Shown here: one piece after another, positions 18,861 through 27,484 of the stretch
Numbering within the stretch: position 1 is the stretch's first letter
Layout of the letters: each line of letters begins with the position of its first letter
Source of the DNA: an uncultured virus (IMG/VR IMGVR_UViG_3300020045_006345)
Taxonomy: Duplodnaviria; Heunggongvirae; Uroviricota; Caudoviricetes
Length of the DNA: 36,742 nucleotides
Direction: 5' to 3' (one strand)
IMG/VR virus record: IMGVR_UViG_3300020045_006345
Program-made: the position numbers and the translations under genes
Notes under the pieces: generated by a model
Seen by the model: the letters and a program-made list of their open reading frames with translations, nothing else
What the model was told of the DNA's origin: nothing
Databases searched by the model: none

Positions 18861-19181
18861 TTAGTATGGGTATATGCCTGTTTTTATCTGTGGTGCTGCG
18901 TCACTCCCTGCTAACGGCACCATCACTGCTACCAGTGGTGACTCCGCGTATCTTTTAGGTATCGTGTTTATACTCCACGTCCCATCAACTGCGGATATCG
19001 TAGACCCTAGTTGTTCAGACATCTGAGGGTTAAACACAATTATCGCTGCTTCCAAAGGTGCTGAGTCTACATACGCGTAACCTATAATTGTGTTTTTCCA
19101 AGGTCGCACATACGTGCCAAAAGCTGACACTCCCCCAAAGGGTGAAAGCTGGAATACGCTCGATGCTGCTATAGTCGCCAT
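18861..19181 (-). CDS. Small tail-associated protein
   Basis: ATG 19181 overlaps the upstream TAA (TAATG). LGSTISAVDGTWSI resembles the 16885..17280 protein. Confidence 0.55.
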   Translation of the reverse strand: MATIAASSVFQLSPFGGVSAFGTYVRPWKNTIIGYAYVDSAPLEAAIIVFNPQMSEQLGSTISAVDGTWSINTIPKRYAESPLVAVMVPLAGSDAAPQIKTGIYPY

Positions 19182-20233
19182 TACCAAGGTCCTGTAATAT
19201 CTAAAACTGTTCTAGTTTCCTGCCCAGAGGACCCTATACTATAGCTTTTAAGCATTAGGTAGTCCCTACCGTTATCCGTAACAACGCCGTACGGCACCCC
19301 AAGTCTGACGCTGCTCTTGGCAGAATCTGCGGTTATTATGTGCGGAGTGTTATACGCTCCGGGTAACGTTGCATAGATGAGTTGTTGATTAGACCTTGCG
19401 GGATACACAACTTCTCTCAGTGGATCCGAATAGTCTTCCGCAATGTAGTACGTGTACTTCGTCATCCCCGTCAATATTGGGTTAGGGTATGGAATGTAGT
19501 TATTGGTTGAATATCCAGGATCGGAACCCTCGCGTGGTAGGAAGCTTATAAGCTTCAACCGTACAGCATTCGTTCCACCACCTATGCTCCTAGACGAATA
19601 CCCTACCTCGGAGCTAGTAGTCGCTCCGTTTGAATGGTCAAAATACCCACTTGCTGTTTTTTGAATGTTGTTGTACTGGCTTGCTACAATCGCAGCTTTA
19701 GGAAGTACCGTAGCGTTCTGCCCAAAAACTTTAACGTCGCCCAGCATTACGTAATGCCCATCTGCTAATGTCGTAGACTGCATGGTTATTACATAGCACG
19801 TACTCTCGTCCGCTACCACCATCCACGGATATCCGTTTACGGAAGTACCATCAAACGTAAAGGCGCTCACTCCACGATTCGTTGTTAGCTGAGGATCGTG
19901 ATCCTCTACCAACCTCGGGTACGCTCCCACCAAATCATCTATGTTTGCAAACCCTGCGCACCCTCTAAAAGTGAAACCTGTGTAGTCCTGTCCTACGGTG
20001 TGCGTATTCAGCCACGCACCATCATGCTGTACCTGGTACATTGCTCCAGAACCAGCGTTCTGAAATATGGTTTTCGCTTTACCAACGTCATCTAACACTT
20101 TCGTCCAACCAGCGGCGGCTTTAGACCCATACCCACTTACTAAGCATTTATCTAAGACATTGTTCATCGCACCTTTAGTAGCGTTGAGCACTGGTGCACT
20201 TGCGTCATCCCACCTATAGTATCGTACCGTCAT
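19181..20233 (-). CDS. Virion tail protein, paralog 2
   Basis: YYRWDDASAPVL...KCLVSGYGSKAAAGW...PWMVVADEST...PYPNPIL...VLDITGPW. Start at 20233 by ATGA overlap. Confidence 0.7.
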   Translation of the reverse strand: MTVRYYRWDDASAPVLNATKGAMNNVLDKCLVSGYGSKAAAGWTKVLDDVGKAKTIFQNAGSGAMYQVQHDGAWLNTHTVGQDYTGFTFRGCAGFANIDDLVGAYPRLVEDHDPQLTTNRGVSAFTFDGTSVNGYPWMVVADESTCYVITMQSTTLADGHYVMLGDVKVFGQNATVLPKAAIVASQYNNIQKTASGYFDHSNGATTSSEVGYSSRSIGGGTNAVRLKLISFLPREGSDPGYSTNNYIPYPNPILTGMTKYTYYIAEDYSDPLREVVYPARSNQQLIYATLPGAYNTPHIITADSAKSSVRLGVPYGVVTDNGRDYLMLKSYSIGSSGQETRTVLDITGPW

Positions 20234-21345
20234 GACCAAGGTCCCGTAATGTCCAGTAGAAGTGATCGTTGTCTGGCTTGATCGAAAGTAGCCTTCATTG
20301 GCCCAACGACCCAGTAAGTTCTGCCACCTGCCTGTACGTAATCCCCGGAATCACCTATCTTAGTTAATCCGGTGTTAATGGCATGAGTATTCGCATACAT
20401 TCCTCTCAACGTGGCAAAAGTCAAAAACTCACTGATGCTTGTTGTAAAGCCTGTTGGGGCTGTTGTAGTTCGCTTACTGTCTGCGGCATCTTCCATAACC
20501 ACAATATGCTCCATCATCACACCCCCTAGAACCGGGTGTGGATATGGGTTGTACGTTGGGTTGTTTTCTAACTGATCGCTTCCAGTGCCTGAGCTAAAAG
20601 TCCACGCTGTCTCAGTTGACAGTTTGCCCTTAACAGATAAGGATCCTGTGCCTACTGAAAACTCGATGTATGTTTGTGAACCTACTGGTGGCCTATCGTT
20701 CCACGCAGGGTTTTGCAGCGTTACATCTCCAAGAGTTATCGCTCTTGGAAGAGAAGTGTTTGGTCCTATTCTGTTTACGTCTCCTATGCACGTTATCGAT
20801 ACGTTACTCAGGTGCGTAATACCCACCCCTCCTGCGAAATCGTATGGGTACGTGAATATCCACGCAGTCTGCTCATCGGCAACTATCACCCATGGTATCA
20901 CGGTCGTGATAACTGGTGGCGATGAGGGTGTGCCCAATATGTCTACGGCGGAGTACCACATGTTTTGGTATATGCCTAGCTCTGACGTAAAGTGTAAGTC
21001 AGTACCGGTAACTGCCCTTGGAAAGTCACCTGTAGTAGTATCTACCGTACTCGCTGCGGCACAACCTTTTATGGTTACGATCCCGTGGTTACTGCCAACG
21101 GCTTGCGCTGCAGTTGGCCTTGCATCGTTACACACTCGCCAATACCTACCAGAACCAGAACCAGAGTTATTCCTGAATATAGCCTTATGGTTTACTGTGT
21201 CTTCTAAATGCAACGACCAACCTGCTGCGGCCTTAGAACCATAGCCGTTTACCAGACACGCTTTTAGCAGGCTTATAAAGCTACCTTGCGTACAAGTTAG
21301 CTGCGGTGCGCTGGAATCATCAGACCTATATACCGTGACACCCAT
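20230..21345 (-). CDS. Virion tail protein, paralog 1
   Basis: YRSDDSSAPQL...ACLVNGYGSKAAAGW...PWVIVADEQT...PYPHPVL...LLDITGPWS. Confidence 0.7.
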   Translation of the reverse strand: MGVTVYRSDDSSAPQLTCTQGSFISLLKACLVNGYGSKAAAGWSLHLEDTVNHKAIFRNNSGSGSGRYWRVCNDARPTAAQAVGSNHGIVTIKGCAAASTVDTTTGDFPRAVTGTDLHFTSELGIYQNMWYSAVDILGTPSSPPVITTVIPWVIVADEQTAWIFTYPYDFAGGVGITHLSNVSITCIGDVNRIGPNTSLPRAITLGDVTLQNPAWNDRPPVGSQTYIEFSVGTGSLSVKGKLSTETAWTFSSGTGSDQLENNPTYNPYPHPVLGGVMMEHIVVMEDAADSKRTTTAPTGFTTSISEFLTFATLRGMYANTHAINTGLTKIGDSGDYVQAGGRTYWVVGPMKATFDQARQRSLLLDITGPWS

Positions 21346-21348
21346 AAC

Positions 21349-22227
21349 CTACCCTTTAGACGGCGTGTAGTTAAAACCCGTAATCTCGTGGAGCAGACCA
21401 TTTGTCAGCACGTTGTTAGCCGCTATCATATCGGCTCCAGACCCTGTTAAACCAACACTGCCGTCTATTCGTGCAAACACTGTAGATGCCATTGAGGGGT
21501 CGTCACCGGATTCATATACGCGAAACCATGTCGCCGTCGCAGTGTTAGTGCCACCACCGGGTACACTTATCATGCCACTCCAGGTAACACCGCTTGGCTT
21601 AGAAACCACCCCGTTATTAGACGGATTAAAAGTCAAGCCGGTCCCTGAGTTACCAACGGTCACGGTACATAACAGTGTGCCTGTAGCGGCAGCATCCGCG
21701 TTAGCCGGTTGAGGGGCGGTATAAAAATTAACCTTGCATCCTCGCATTATCTCAGTAAACCCATCCAGAATCTCTTCTACTACGACGATGTCCCAGAAAG
21801 ATGTTTCGCTCGAAACCACGCTATTGTTCGCTAAAGACAACCTTGTGGTCGTAGCTGTAGCTATAAACGCAATCTCGTAGTACGCCCAGTCTGCATCCGT
21901 TAGCGCTTGGCCTACATAAACACTTTGTGGCAATGAGGTTGTTCCGATCTTAACCGTTCCAGACACTCCCGTGCCTTTTTTAAAGTTAAAAGTAACTTTA
22001 TATACCCGCCCAACTACTGTTGTAATATCTGTATAGGCGTATCCTGCGGCAGAAGCGGAGTTCGCAACCTGTAGCAAGTTGTTGGTCACGCCTCCAGAAG
22101 TAGCAGTCAGAGTAGCTAACGATCCAGACCAGCCGGTTGTATCTGTGTCGAAAGTACCGTTACTGACTAGGTTAGTTCTAATCCCATTCAACTTATCAAC
22201 CAGCCCTGTAGATCGTTTAATCGCCAT
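21349..22227 (-). CDS. Virion structural protein with an inserted carbohydrate-binding (CBM4/9-like) domain
   Basis: Start MAIKRSTGL at 22227. NLVSNGTFDTDTTGW...YKVTF...FIATATTTRLSL...WDIV is galactose-binding-like. The flanks are paralogous to 22230..22685. Confidence 0.65.
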   Translation of the reverse strand: MAIKRSTGLVDKLNGIRTNLVSNGTFDTDTTGWSGSLATLTATSGGVTNNLLQVANSASAAGYAYTDITTVVGRVYKVTFNFKKGTGVSGTVKIGTTSLPQSVYVGQALTDADWAYYEIAFIATATTTRLSLANNSVVSSETSFWDIVVVEEILDGFTEIMRGCKVNFYTAPQPANADAAATGTLLCTVTVGNSGTGLTFNPSNNGVVSKPSGVTWSGMISVPGGGTNTATATWFRVYESGDDPSMASTVFARIDGSVGLTGSGADMIAANNVLTNGLLHEITGFNYTPSKG

Positions 22228-22229
22228 GT

Positions 22230-22685
22230 TTAGGTCCCACTCCAAGATATAAGGGCTTTGTTGAACGTATACACATTTCCAGCAACAATGTTAGTGTCGG
22301 AAAGTGTTGCGTCTCCTCCAAAGGATGAAATTGACCCATCCAACCTTGGGTACGTTGTACTCGAAGAAGTTAACACAGGCTCAGCATTGCCTTTGTGCCT
22401 GTACCAAGAAGCCTGCCCACTCGCTATAGCCGTGAACTGCCATACTCCTGACGATTTATCTATCGCTCTATTTGAGGCCGAACCAAAATTAAGACCGTTC
22501 GTTGGTGTACCTGGCGTGAAGGCTGCGCCATTCAACGAGATTGTGCCTAGTAGTGTACCGGTGGCAGGTGAGTCTGCTGTAGGTGGTCTTGTCCCTGAGT
22601 ATATCTCTATCACTCCGTTAGCTAAAGCCGTGCCAAGGGCGTTCAGTTGTGCGTGTACTAAACCTGTTGAGAAGGAAACTGCCAT
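22230..22685 (-). CDS. Conserved virion structural protein
   Basis: MAVSFSTGL...GVIEIYSGTRPPTADSPATGTLL...GQASWYR...PRLDGSI. Confidence 0.65.
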   Translation of the reverse strand: MAVSFSTGLVHAQLNALGTALANGVIEIYSGTRPPTADSPATGTLLGTISLNGAAFTPGTPTNGLNFGSASNRAIDKSSGVWQFTAIASGQASWYRHKGNAEPVLTSSSTTYPRLDGSISSFGGDATLSDTNIVAGNVYTFNKALISWSGT

Positions 22686-22756
22686 ATTTTCACCCTATCG
22701 TGATCGTGGACGCTCTCGCGTACTTTTTTTAAGAAGAGAATACTCTCGTACTCCGA

Positions 22757-22762
22757 ATTATA
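22757..22762 (-). promoter_or_regulatory. Candidate -10 box (TATAAT) upstream of the 22685 gene
   Basis: Perfect TATAAT on the minus strand in a ~100-nt intergenic gap. No convincing -35. Confidence 0.4.
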
Positions 22763-22783
22763 CAATATGTTCTATAAATGTGC

Positions 22784-23962
22784 TTATCTTAATGCGTTAT
22801 ACCCCACACCAGCGCCATCAGTGCAGCACAGAATGTACCTAGACCCACCATAATCGAACAGTGCTGTAGATGCTCCGTTCCCTGGGGGCAGTGATACTTT
22901 AGTTTCTGTGTGGTTTACGAAATCTGGATAGCTACATACCCCCCTTTTAGTCCAGACATAACACCCTCCTTCAGGAAGTTTTGTAATAGGCTTACCTTTT
23001 GGAGTCCCATAGTTCGCTATCTTGGTATACCCAAGCTCTTGGCTGTACGTATGTATGCCATGCTCTCCGGTTATTAAAAGCGTAGTCCCCACCGACTCCA
23101 TACCGGTAACAACGTCTGGTACATCGAAATAGTCCTCTACAGAGCTAAACAAGTGGTATGTTTGTGGTAAACTAAAGTGTATACGCGTTACCCCGATACC
23201 TATTTGTGTCGCCAAAACAACTCTCGACATGTAGTATGCAGCTGCAACAACGTTCTTCAAAGGTGCTGCAACAACCTCAAAGTATATCTCCGGTATTACG
23301 CCTCCGGTACCCTTAATCGAGTCTATAACAGCGAAGTTTTTTGTAGTCGCCATAGGTACCCACACACCTTCATCCGGCAAGAACACTACTATCCTCGCAA
23401 CATACCCAGCTATTTCAGGAACTGTAACCAGCATGTTGAAATCCGTAGCGCTTTTTACGCTCGTCACTTCACTCATAGGCCCATACAAGCCATCTTCCGA
23501 GCGGTACTGCGCAGCTATAAGAGCTTCTCCACGGGGTATGTTGCCGCCACCCAACTGTACTGTTAGTCCTTCCAGTTTAGGGATGACTAAGTTTGCTACA
23601 ACCTGCCCGTCATCTATGCGCAGGTACGATCCTTCACTCGCTAGGAATACCAACCCTGTAGACTCCTCACACCAAAACAGTGTGCTCGTCGAAATTCCGC
23701 CAACCAAAGCTTGGTTTGCTACACCATCGAACTTATACAATGTTCCTTGCTCTACGAAATACATAGCGCTGTTATCCGAAACGCCATAGCTACCGGAGAT
23801 GCTTGTAGCTCCAAGCACTAGTGAGTAGCCTGGTCGCATCGCCACATCGCCGTAGTCGGTTATTAGCACATTATCGGCTACCGAGAGTGCCTCTAGCGGT
23901 AGCGTCGTGGCGTCAGCGGTGTTGTGTAGTCCTAAAAATTTATCTAATCGTTTCGTCTTCAT
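22784..23962 (-). CDS. Putative tail nozzle / DNA-stabilisation (tail tubular B-like) protein
   Basis: The N-terminus FLGLHNTADATTLPLEALSVADNVLITDYGDVAMRPGY matches the F.G.N...L....NV.....G....R.G pattern of podovirus nozzle proteins. The body looks beta-propeller-like. Confidence 0.6.
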   Translation of the reverse strand: MKTKRLDKFLGLHNTADATTLPLEALSVADNVLITDYGDVAMRPGYSLVLGATSISGSYGVSDNSAMYFVEQGTLYKFDGVANQALVGGISTSTLFWCEESTGLVFLASEGSYLRIDDGQVVANLVIPKLEGLTVQLGGGNIPRGEALIAAQYRSEDGLYGPMSEVTSVKSATDFNMLVTVPEIAGYVARIVVFLPDEGVWVPMATTKNFAVIDSIKGTGGVIPEIYFEVVAAPLKNVVAAAYYMSRVVLATQIGIGVTRIHFSLPQTYHLFSSVEDYFDVPDVVTGMESVGTTLLITGEHGIHTYSQELGYTKIANYGTPKGKPITKLPEGGCYVWTKRGVCSYPDFVNHTETKVSLPPGNGASTALFDYGGSRYILCCTDGAGVGYNALR

Positions 23963-26220
23963 TTAACCCCCAAAGTCACGGGTGCATACTGCCGTTCGTC
24001 TTGAACCCTGATTGGTTTACCGACACCTTTACACGCATAGGACTTAACCCCATATGTAGGCAGACAGTCTTTACCATCCACATTCCCGCTAAAAACCACT
24101 TTCTTCGGGTCGATAGATAGTAGCAACCCAGCATTCGCATAGTTTCTGGAAAAATTCATAGGAAAAGGCGTCAAGGCTGTACCAGCTTCTGTTCTGTACT
24201 CCCAGTTATCACCTATGAGGAAGTTATATGGTACGCTGACCGGAACATAGTCTACTGGATCCCCTAAAAATCTTTTTATAACCCTGTTATTTCGCGAAAC
24301 TTCAGCCATCAATTCTGGCTCGAACTCTCCGTCTACGGCTTCGCTTCCAAAAAATATAAATCTTTTTTTAACTTTTGTTGGTAGAAAAGTGTGTGTATCG
24401 ACAGGTGCTCGGATATACGCGTCTACGTTCGTCGTTAGGTCATTCCTAACCACCCCTTCCACGGACACGGCTTCTACTGAAAAATCCAAATTGGTCGTAG
24501 CAACCAGATAGGAATCTGTCACTGGATCCGCTGCGTAAATTCTATGCACATTCGTGACTAACTCCTGCCTGTTAACATCGACCTGGTGGTAATCATTTAC
24601 TGCGCCAAAATCTACCCCTGCAAAATCAGACTGCGCCAAGGCCGCATATGTGCCGCCGTCATCTATCTGCACTCTCCTGGGCCAACCAATATCTATCTCC
24701 GATGAATTTTCTGTTATTTCTATGCTAGAAGCTTCTAGCGACGAAGTTAACTCCGTATCCACGTTAACGCTTAGTATTTTCGTATCAGGGTCTCTGACTA
24801 CTGTTACTACATCTCTGTAGTAAGATGTGTTTCGGGTATAGTGCTCATGGTATGTAGCCCTTAAAGATTTCCCGAAGTAGTTAACCAAGGTCATGATAAC
24901 TGTTCCTACGGTAAAACCTAGAACTTTTCTTGGGTACGTCATCGTCGCCATAGAGCTTGTATACGGTATGCGTGGGTAGTTTATGTTGACCTCTCGCAAC
25001 TCCTCGTAGTTTTCAACCAAGAACCCCACATAGCCCCTGTGGGCATTACATGCTATGACTCTTTTACCTGCTATGTTAAGGGTCCTATCCTCTATCGCTT
25101 GTCGTCCTCGCCCGGACAACGTATATATGTACGCACTCCCGCTAGTGGATGGTGTATCCGAGGTTGCTATAAGTTCTTTTATCTTTCTTGAAGATGTTAG
25201 CTGATCCGAAACCACCATGCTGGGGATAGTGTGCTTCTGCGTCTGGGTAAACTTAATTTCTTTTAAATTACTATCGTAGGTAATGTCGGAGACGTGTACC
25301 GTAGTCTCTGTTTGTCGTAGAACAGTGTGCACGAGTATCGTAGGGTCGATAAAGTCCGCGCAAAGCACTTCAGTATCATCGTCTATTACCTTCGTTTTTG
25401 GAAATTGTATTACAAACTCTTTCAGGTCTTCATTCCACCCGATTACGAATAGATCTTTCGGTTTTCCATAGCTTAGTCTGTAATCTTTCTTCTTCGTCTG
25501 TGGTATTTTTGTAGTTCTTGCTACCGCAGTGCCGGGACTGTAGTTAGCGTAGCTATCGATTTTGAAAGTCTCTGTTTCACCCAAATCTGCATTGCTTTGC
25601 GTCACAAGAAGGTAGAACTTACGTCCTGAGGTAGTATAACATGCCGCTAGTATGATCTTATCAGGTAACAGTGTTGTGAAATCATACAGAACACCATTAG
25701 CATACAGCTTTACGGAATTTGAAGCCCATGATACCGCTGTCGTGCCAGATCTATTCATCCAGTACCGCGCTGCGCTGGGGTATTCAGGGTCATTGTTTTG
25801 CGTAGTTGCATATGTGTATGGCTTCCCATACGGTTTTGGAACCCACGTATCCCCCGCACCCTCTTTAGGTTTGGCCCTTACGGTTGTGCCATTCTGTAAA
25901 GTGTGTATCCACGGGGCCGCAGTGACATCGGGTGCCGCGTCCCCTACATACACAGCCTCTGTGCGTGGGGCGTTCGGAGCCACAAACTCATCGTTTTTCC
26001 ATTTTCCAGAAACCACACTCGTGTTATAGAAAACTTCACTGTTGTTCTGAGAAGCCACACACACCGGAGACTCGCCTTGTACAAATCGTATGTGCGTAGA
26101 ATCGTAAATGTTTTTCGCATCTGTGTGTAGGTGTTGCCCAACAGCATCACTTCCGGTCTGTACACGATGTATGGCGGCAGCCTTAAACTCCCCTAGAGGC
26201 ACCATTATCCTACTCTTCAT
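23959..26220 (-). CDS. Large hypothetical virion protein (753 aa, beta-rich)
   Basis: Long ORF, ATGA-coupled on both sides. No family recognised. Confidence 0.55.
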   Translation of the reverse strand: MKSRIMVPLGEFKAAAIHRVQTGSDAVGQHLHTDAKNIYDSTHIRFVQGESPVCVASQNNSEVFYNTSVVSGKWKNDEFVAPNAPRTEAVYVGDAAPDVTAAPWIHTLQNGTTVRAKPKEGAGDTWVPKPYGKPYTYATTQNNDPEYPSAARYWMNRSGTTAVSWASNSVKLYANGVLYDFTTLLPDKIILAACYTTSGRKFYLLVTQSNADLGETETFKIDSYANYSPGTAVARTTKIPQTKKKDYRLSYGKPKDLFVIGWNEDLKEFVIQFPKTKVIDDDTEVLCADFIDPTILVHTVLRQTETTVHVSDITYDSNLKEIKFTQTQKHTIPSMVVSDQLTSSRKIKELIATSDTPSTSGSAYIYTLSGRGRQAIEDRTLNIAGKRVIACNAHRGYVGFLVENYEELREVNINYPRIPYTSSMATMTYPRKVLGFTVGTVIMTLVNYFGKSLRATYHEHYTRNTSYYRDVVTVVRDPDTKILSVNVDTELTSSLEASSIEITENSSEIDIGWPRRVQIDDGGTYAALAQSDFAGVDFGAVNDYHQVDVNRQELVTNVHRIYAADPVTDSYLVATTNLDFSVEAVSVEGVVRNDLTTNVDAYIRAPVDTHTFLPTKVKKRFIFFGSEAVDGEFEPELMAEVSRNNRVIKRFLGDPVDYVPVSVPYNFLIGDNWEYRTEAGTALTPFPMNFSRNYANAGLLLSIDPKKVVFSGNVDGKDCLPTYGVKSYACKGVGKPIRVQDERQYAPVTLGVK

Positions 26221-26381
26221 GGTACACCTTTTTCCGATACCTGCAGAACCTCTATCTTCAACTCTTCTCCCGCTTTTACATGGAGGCGCGCAACTTGCCC
26301 ATCAACACCAGAGAACTGCATCACTATCTCTCCAACAACTTGGAGCGTGTCGCCAGCTTCTAAATCTAATTGCTTTTGCAT
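26217..26381 (-). CDS. 54-aa CsrA/RsmA-fold-like small protein
   Basis: Not in the ORF track. MQKQLDLEAGDTLQVVGEIVMQFSGVDGQVARLHVKAGEELKIEVLQVSEKGVP fills the gap exactly, with a TAATG overlap upstream and an ATGA overlap downstream. Confidence 0.6.
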   Translation of the reverse strand: MQKQLDLEAGDTLQVVGEIVMQFSGVDGQVARLHVKAGEELKIEVLQVSEKGVP

Positions 26382-26788
26382 TATGTTATGCGTTGTTGTA
26401 TGTAGAACACAACTAGCCCACCCAACCCTAACACAACGTATTTTATAACTCTTTCAACATTATCTAGTCGTGGGGTACTAACCTCTAATTGTCTCAGCCT
26501 ATCTTCCAACGAGTCCATCTTGCTGCCGAAGCGTTTGAACGTGTCTTTTATGTCCGCTGTGGTTTCTGCTTGAGCTTTATCTCTATCTTCTAGTTTGGAT
26601 AGCATGCTCTGCGCCATGACTGCAAAACCTCTTAGATCTCCACCAATAGAATGTAGCTCTTTCGTCAACCCCGTAAACCCATCTCTTATCTCTTTTATGT
26701 CATCGCGAAGAGTTTCATGTGCATTCTCTATGTGGTCCAGTCTATGCCGTTCCATACAAGGCTGGTACTTTTGGTTTTCGTCTACCAT
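26381..26788 (-). CDS. Coiled-coil protein with a C-terminal transmembrane anchor (XhlA-like architecture), copy A
   Basis: Heptad-like body, hydrophobic tail VIKYVVLGLGGLVVFYI, and GGGAGTAGGA upstream of the ATG. Confidence 0.65.
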   Translation of the reverse strand: MVDENQKYQPCMERHRLDHIENAHETLRDDIKEIRDGFTGLTKELHSIGGDLRGFAVMAQSMLSKLEDRDKAQAETTADIKDTFKRFGSKMDSLEDRLRQLEVSTPRLDNVERVIKYVVLGLGGLVVFYIQQRIT

Positions 26789-26804
26789 TCTATCCTACTC
26801 CCAA

Positions 26805-26810
26805 TTATAA
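26805..26810 (-). promoter_or_regulatory. Candidate -10 box (TATAAT) upstream of the 26788 gene
   Basis: AAAAATTATAATTGGGAG on the minus strand in an intergenic gap. Confidence 0.4.
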
Positions 26811-26969
26811 TTTTTATATCGTAACTTGCGTACGCACATTACCCCCCTTTCTCCCGAAAACTAGGTATTGTATCCTTGACGCGCTCAGTTTAGACCAAGT
26901 TGCTATTTTTACTAAATGTGGTGGTTGCTTTAATTACGAGGTCAACCACCGTGGTAAGCGTTGCCGCTC

Positions 26970-27470
26970 TTACGTCTCTGAAACTTTTACTATCAATGTG
27001 CGGTCAAATTCTTCTACGTCCCCGTTATCTCGATTCACAACGATGTGATTTGTTAGTGTAAACGTCGCCGCCCCTTCAGGGATTGCAGTAACACGACACT
27101 TAGCCGCTCCGTTACTTAGCGCCATATTATCCAGCGTTACTCCGCTACTGGGCGTCCAAATTGAAGTGCCGATGGTATCTAGCCTACCGATAAGTAAGGC
27201 GTCGTTTTTAGCAACCCATTTTGCCGTACCATCCGTAACTTCAGCGCCTCCGAAAGTTGGTTGACTTAACCCAGTCACTCCGCTTACTGCGCACTCATAT
27301 ATAAATCCTGTTGGGGTTGTAGGCTGGCATATATCGACTCCCGCTACGACTTCTTTCGATGGCGTCCAGTTCTCAGGCCTATAGTTAATCCTGTATACGA
27401 CTTTACTATCCTTGTCGTGTACCCCAGGGTACTTGAATGGTTTTTTAAAACTACTGTACAGTATCGGCAT
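26970..27470 (-). CDS. Fibre-tail adaptor-like protein with an inserted small Trp/Cys beta domain
   Basis: HDKDSKVVYRINY...DTIGTSIW...TLTNHIV...DRTLIVKV matches adaptor proteins. The insert is WTPSKEVVAG...FIYECAVSGVTG..QPTF...VTDGTAKW. Confidence 0.55.
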   Translation of the reverse strand: MPILYSSFKKPFKYPGVHDKDSKVVYRINYRPENWTPSKEVVAGVDICQPTTPTGFIYECAVSGVTGLSQPTFGGAEVTDGTAKWVAKNDALLIGRLDTIGTSIWTPSSGVTLDNMALSNGAAKCRVTAIPEGAATFTLTNHIVVNRDNGDVEEFDRTLIVKVSET

Positions 27471-27484
27471 GTTCCGTACCCAAG

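Noticed and set aside
17284..21345. Shufflon or diversity-generating retroelement acting on the tail paralogs
   Set aside because: All copies are full length and co-oriented. There are no inverted crossover sites, no adenine-specific repeat pair, and no recombinase or reverse transcriptase in the window.
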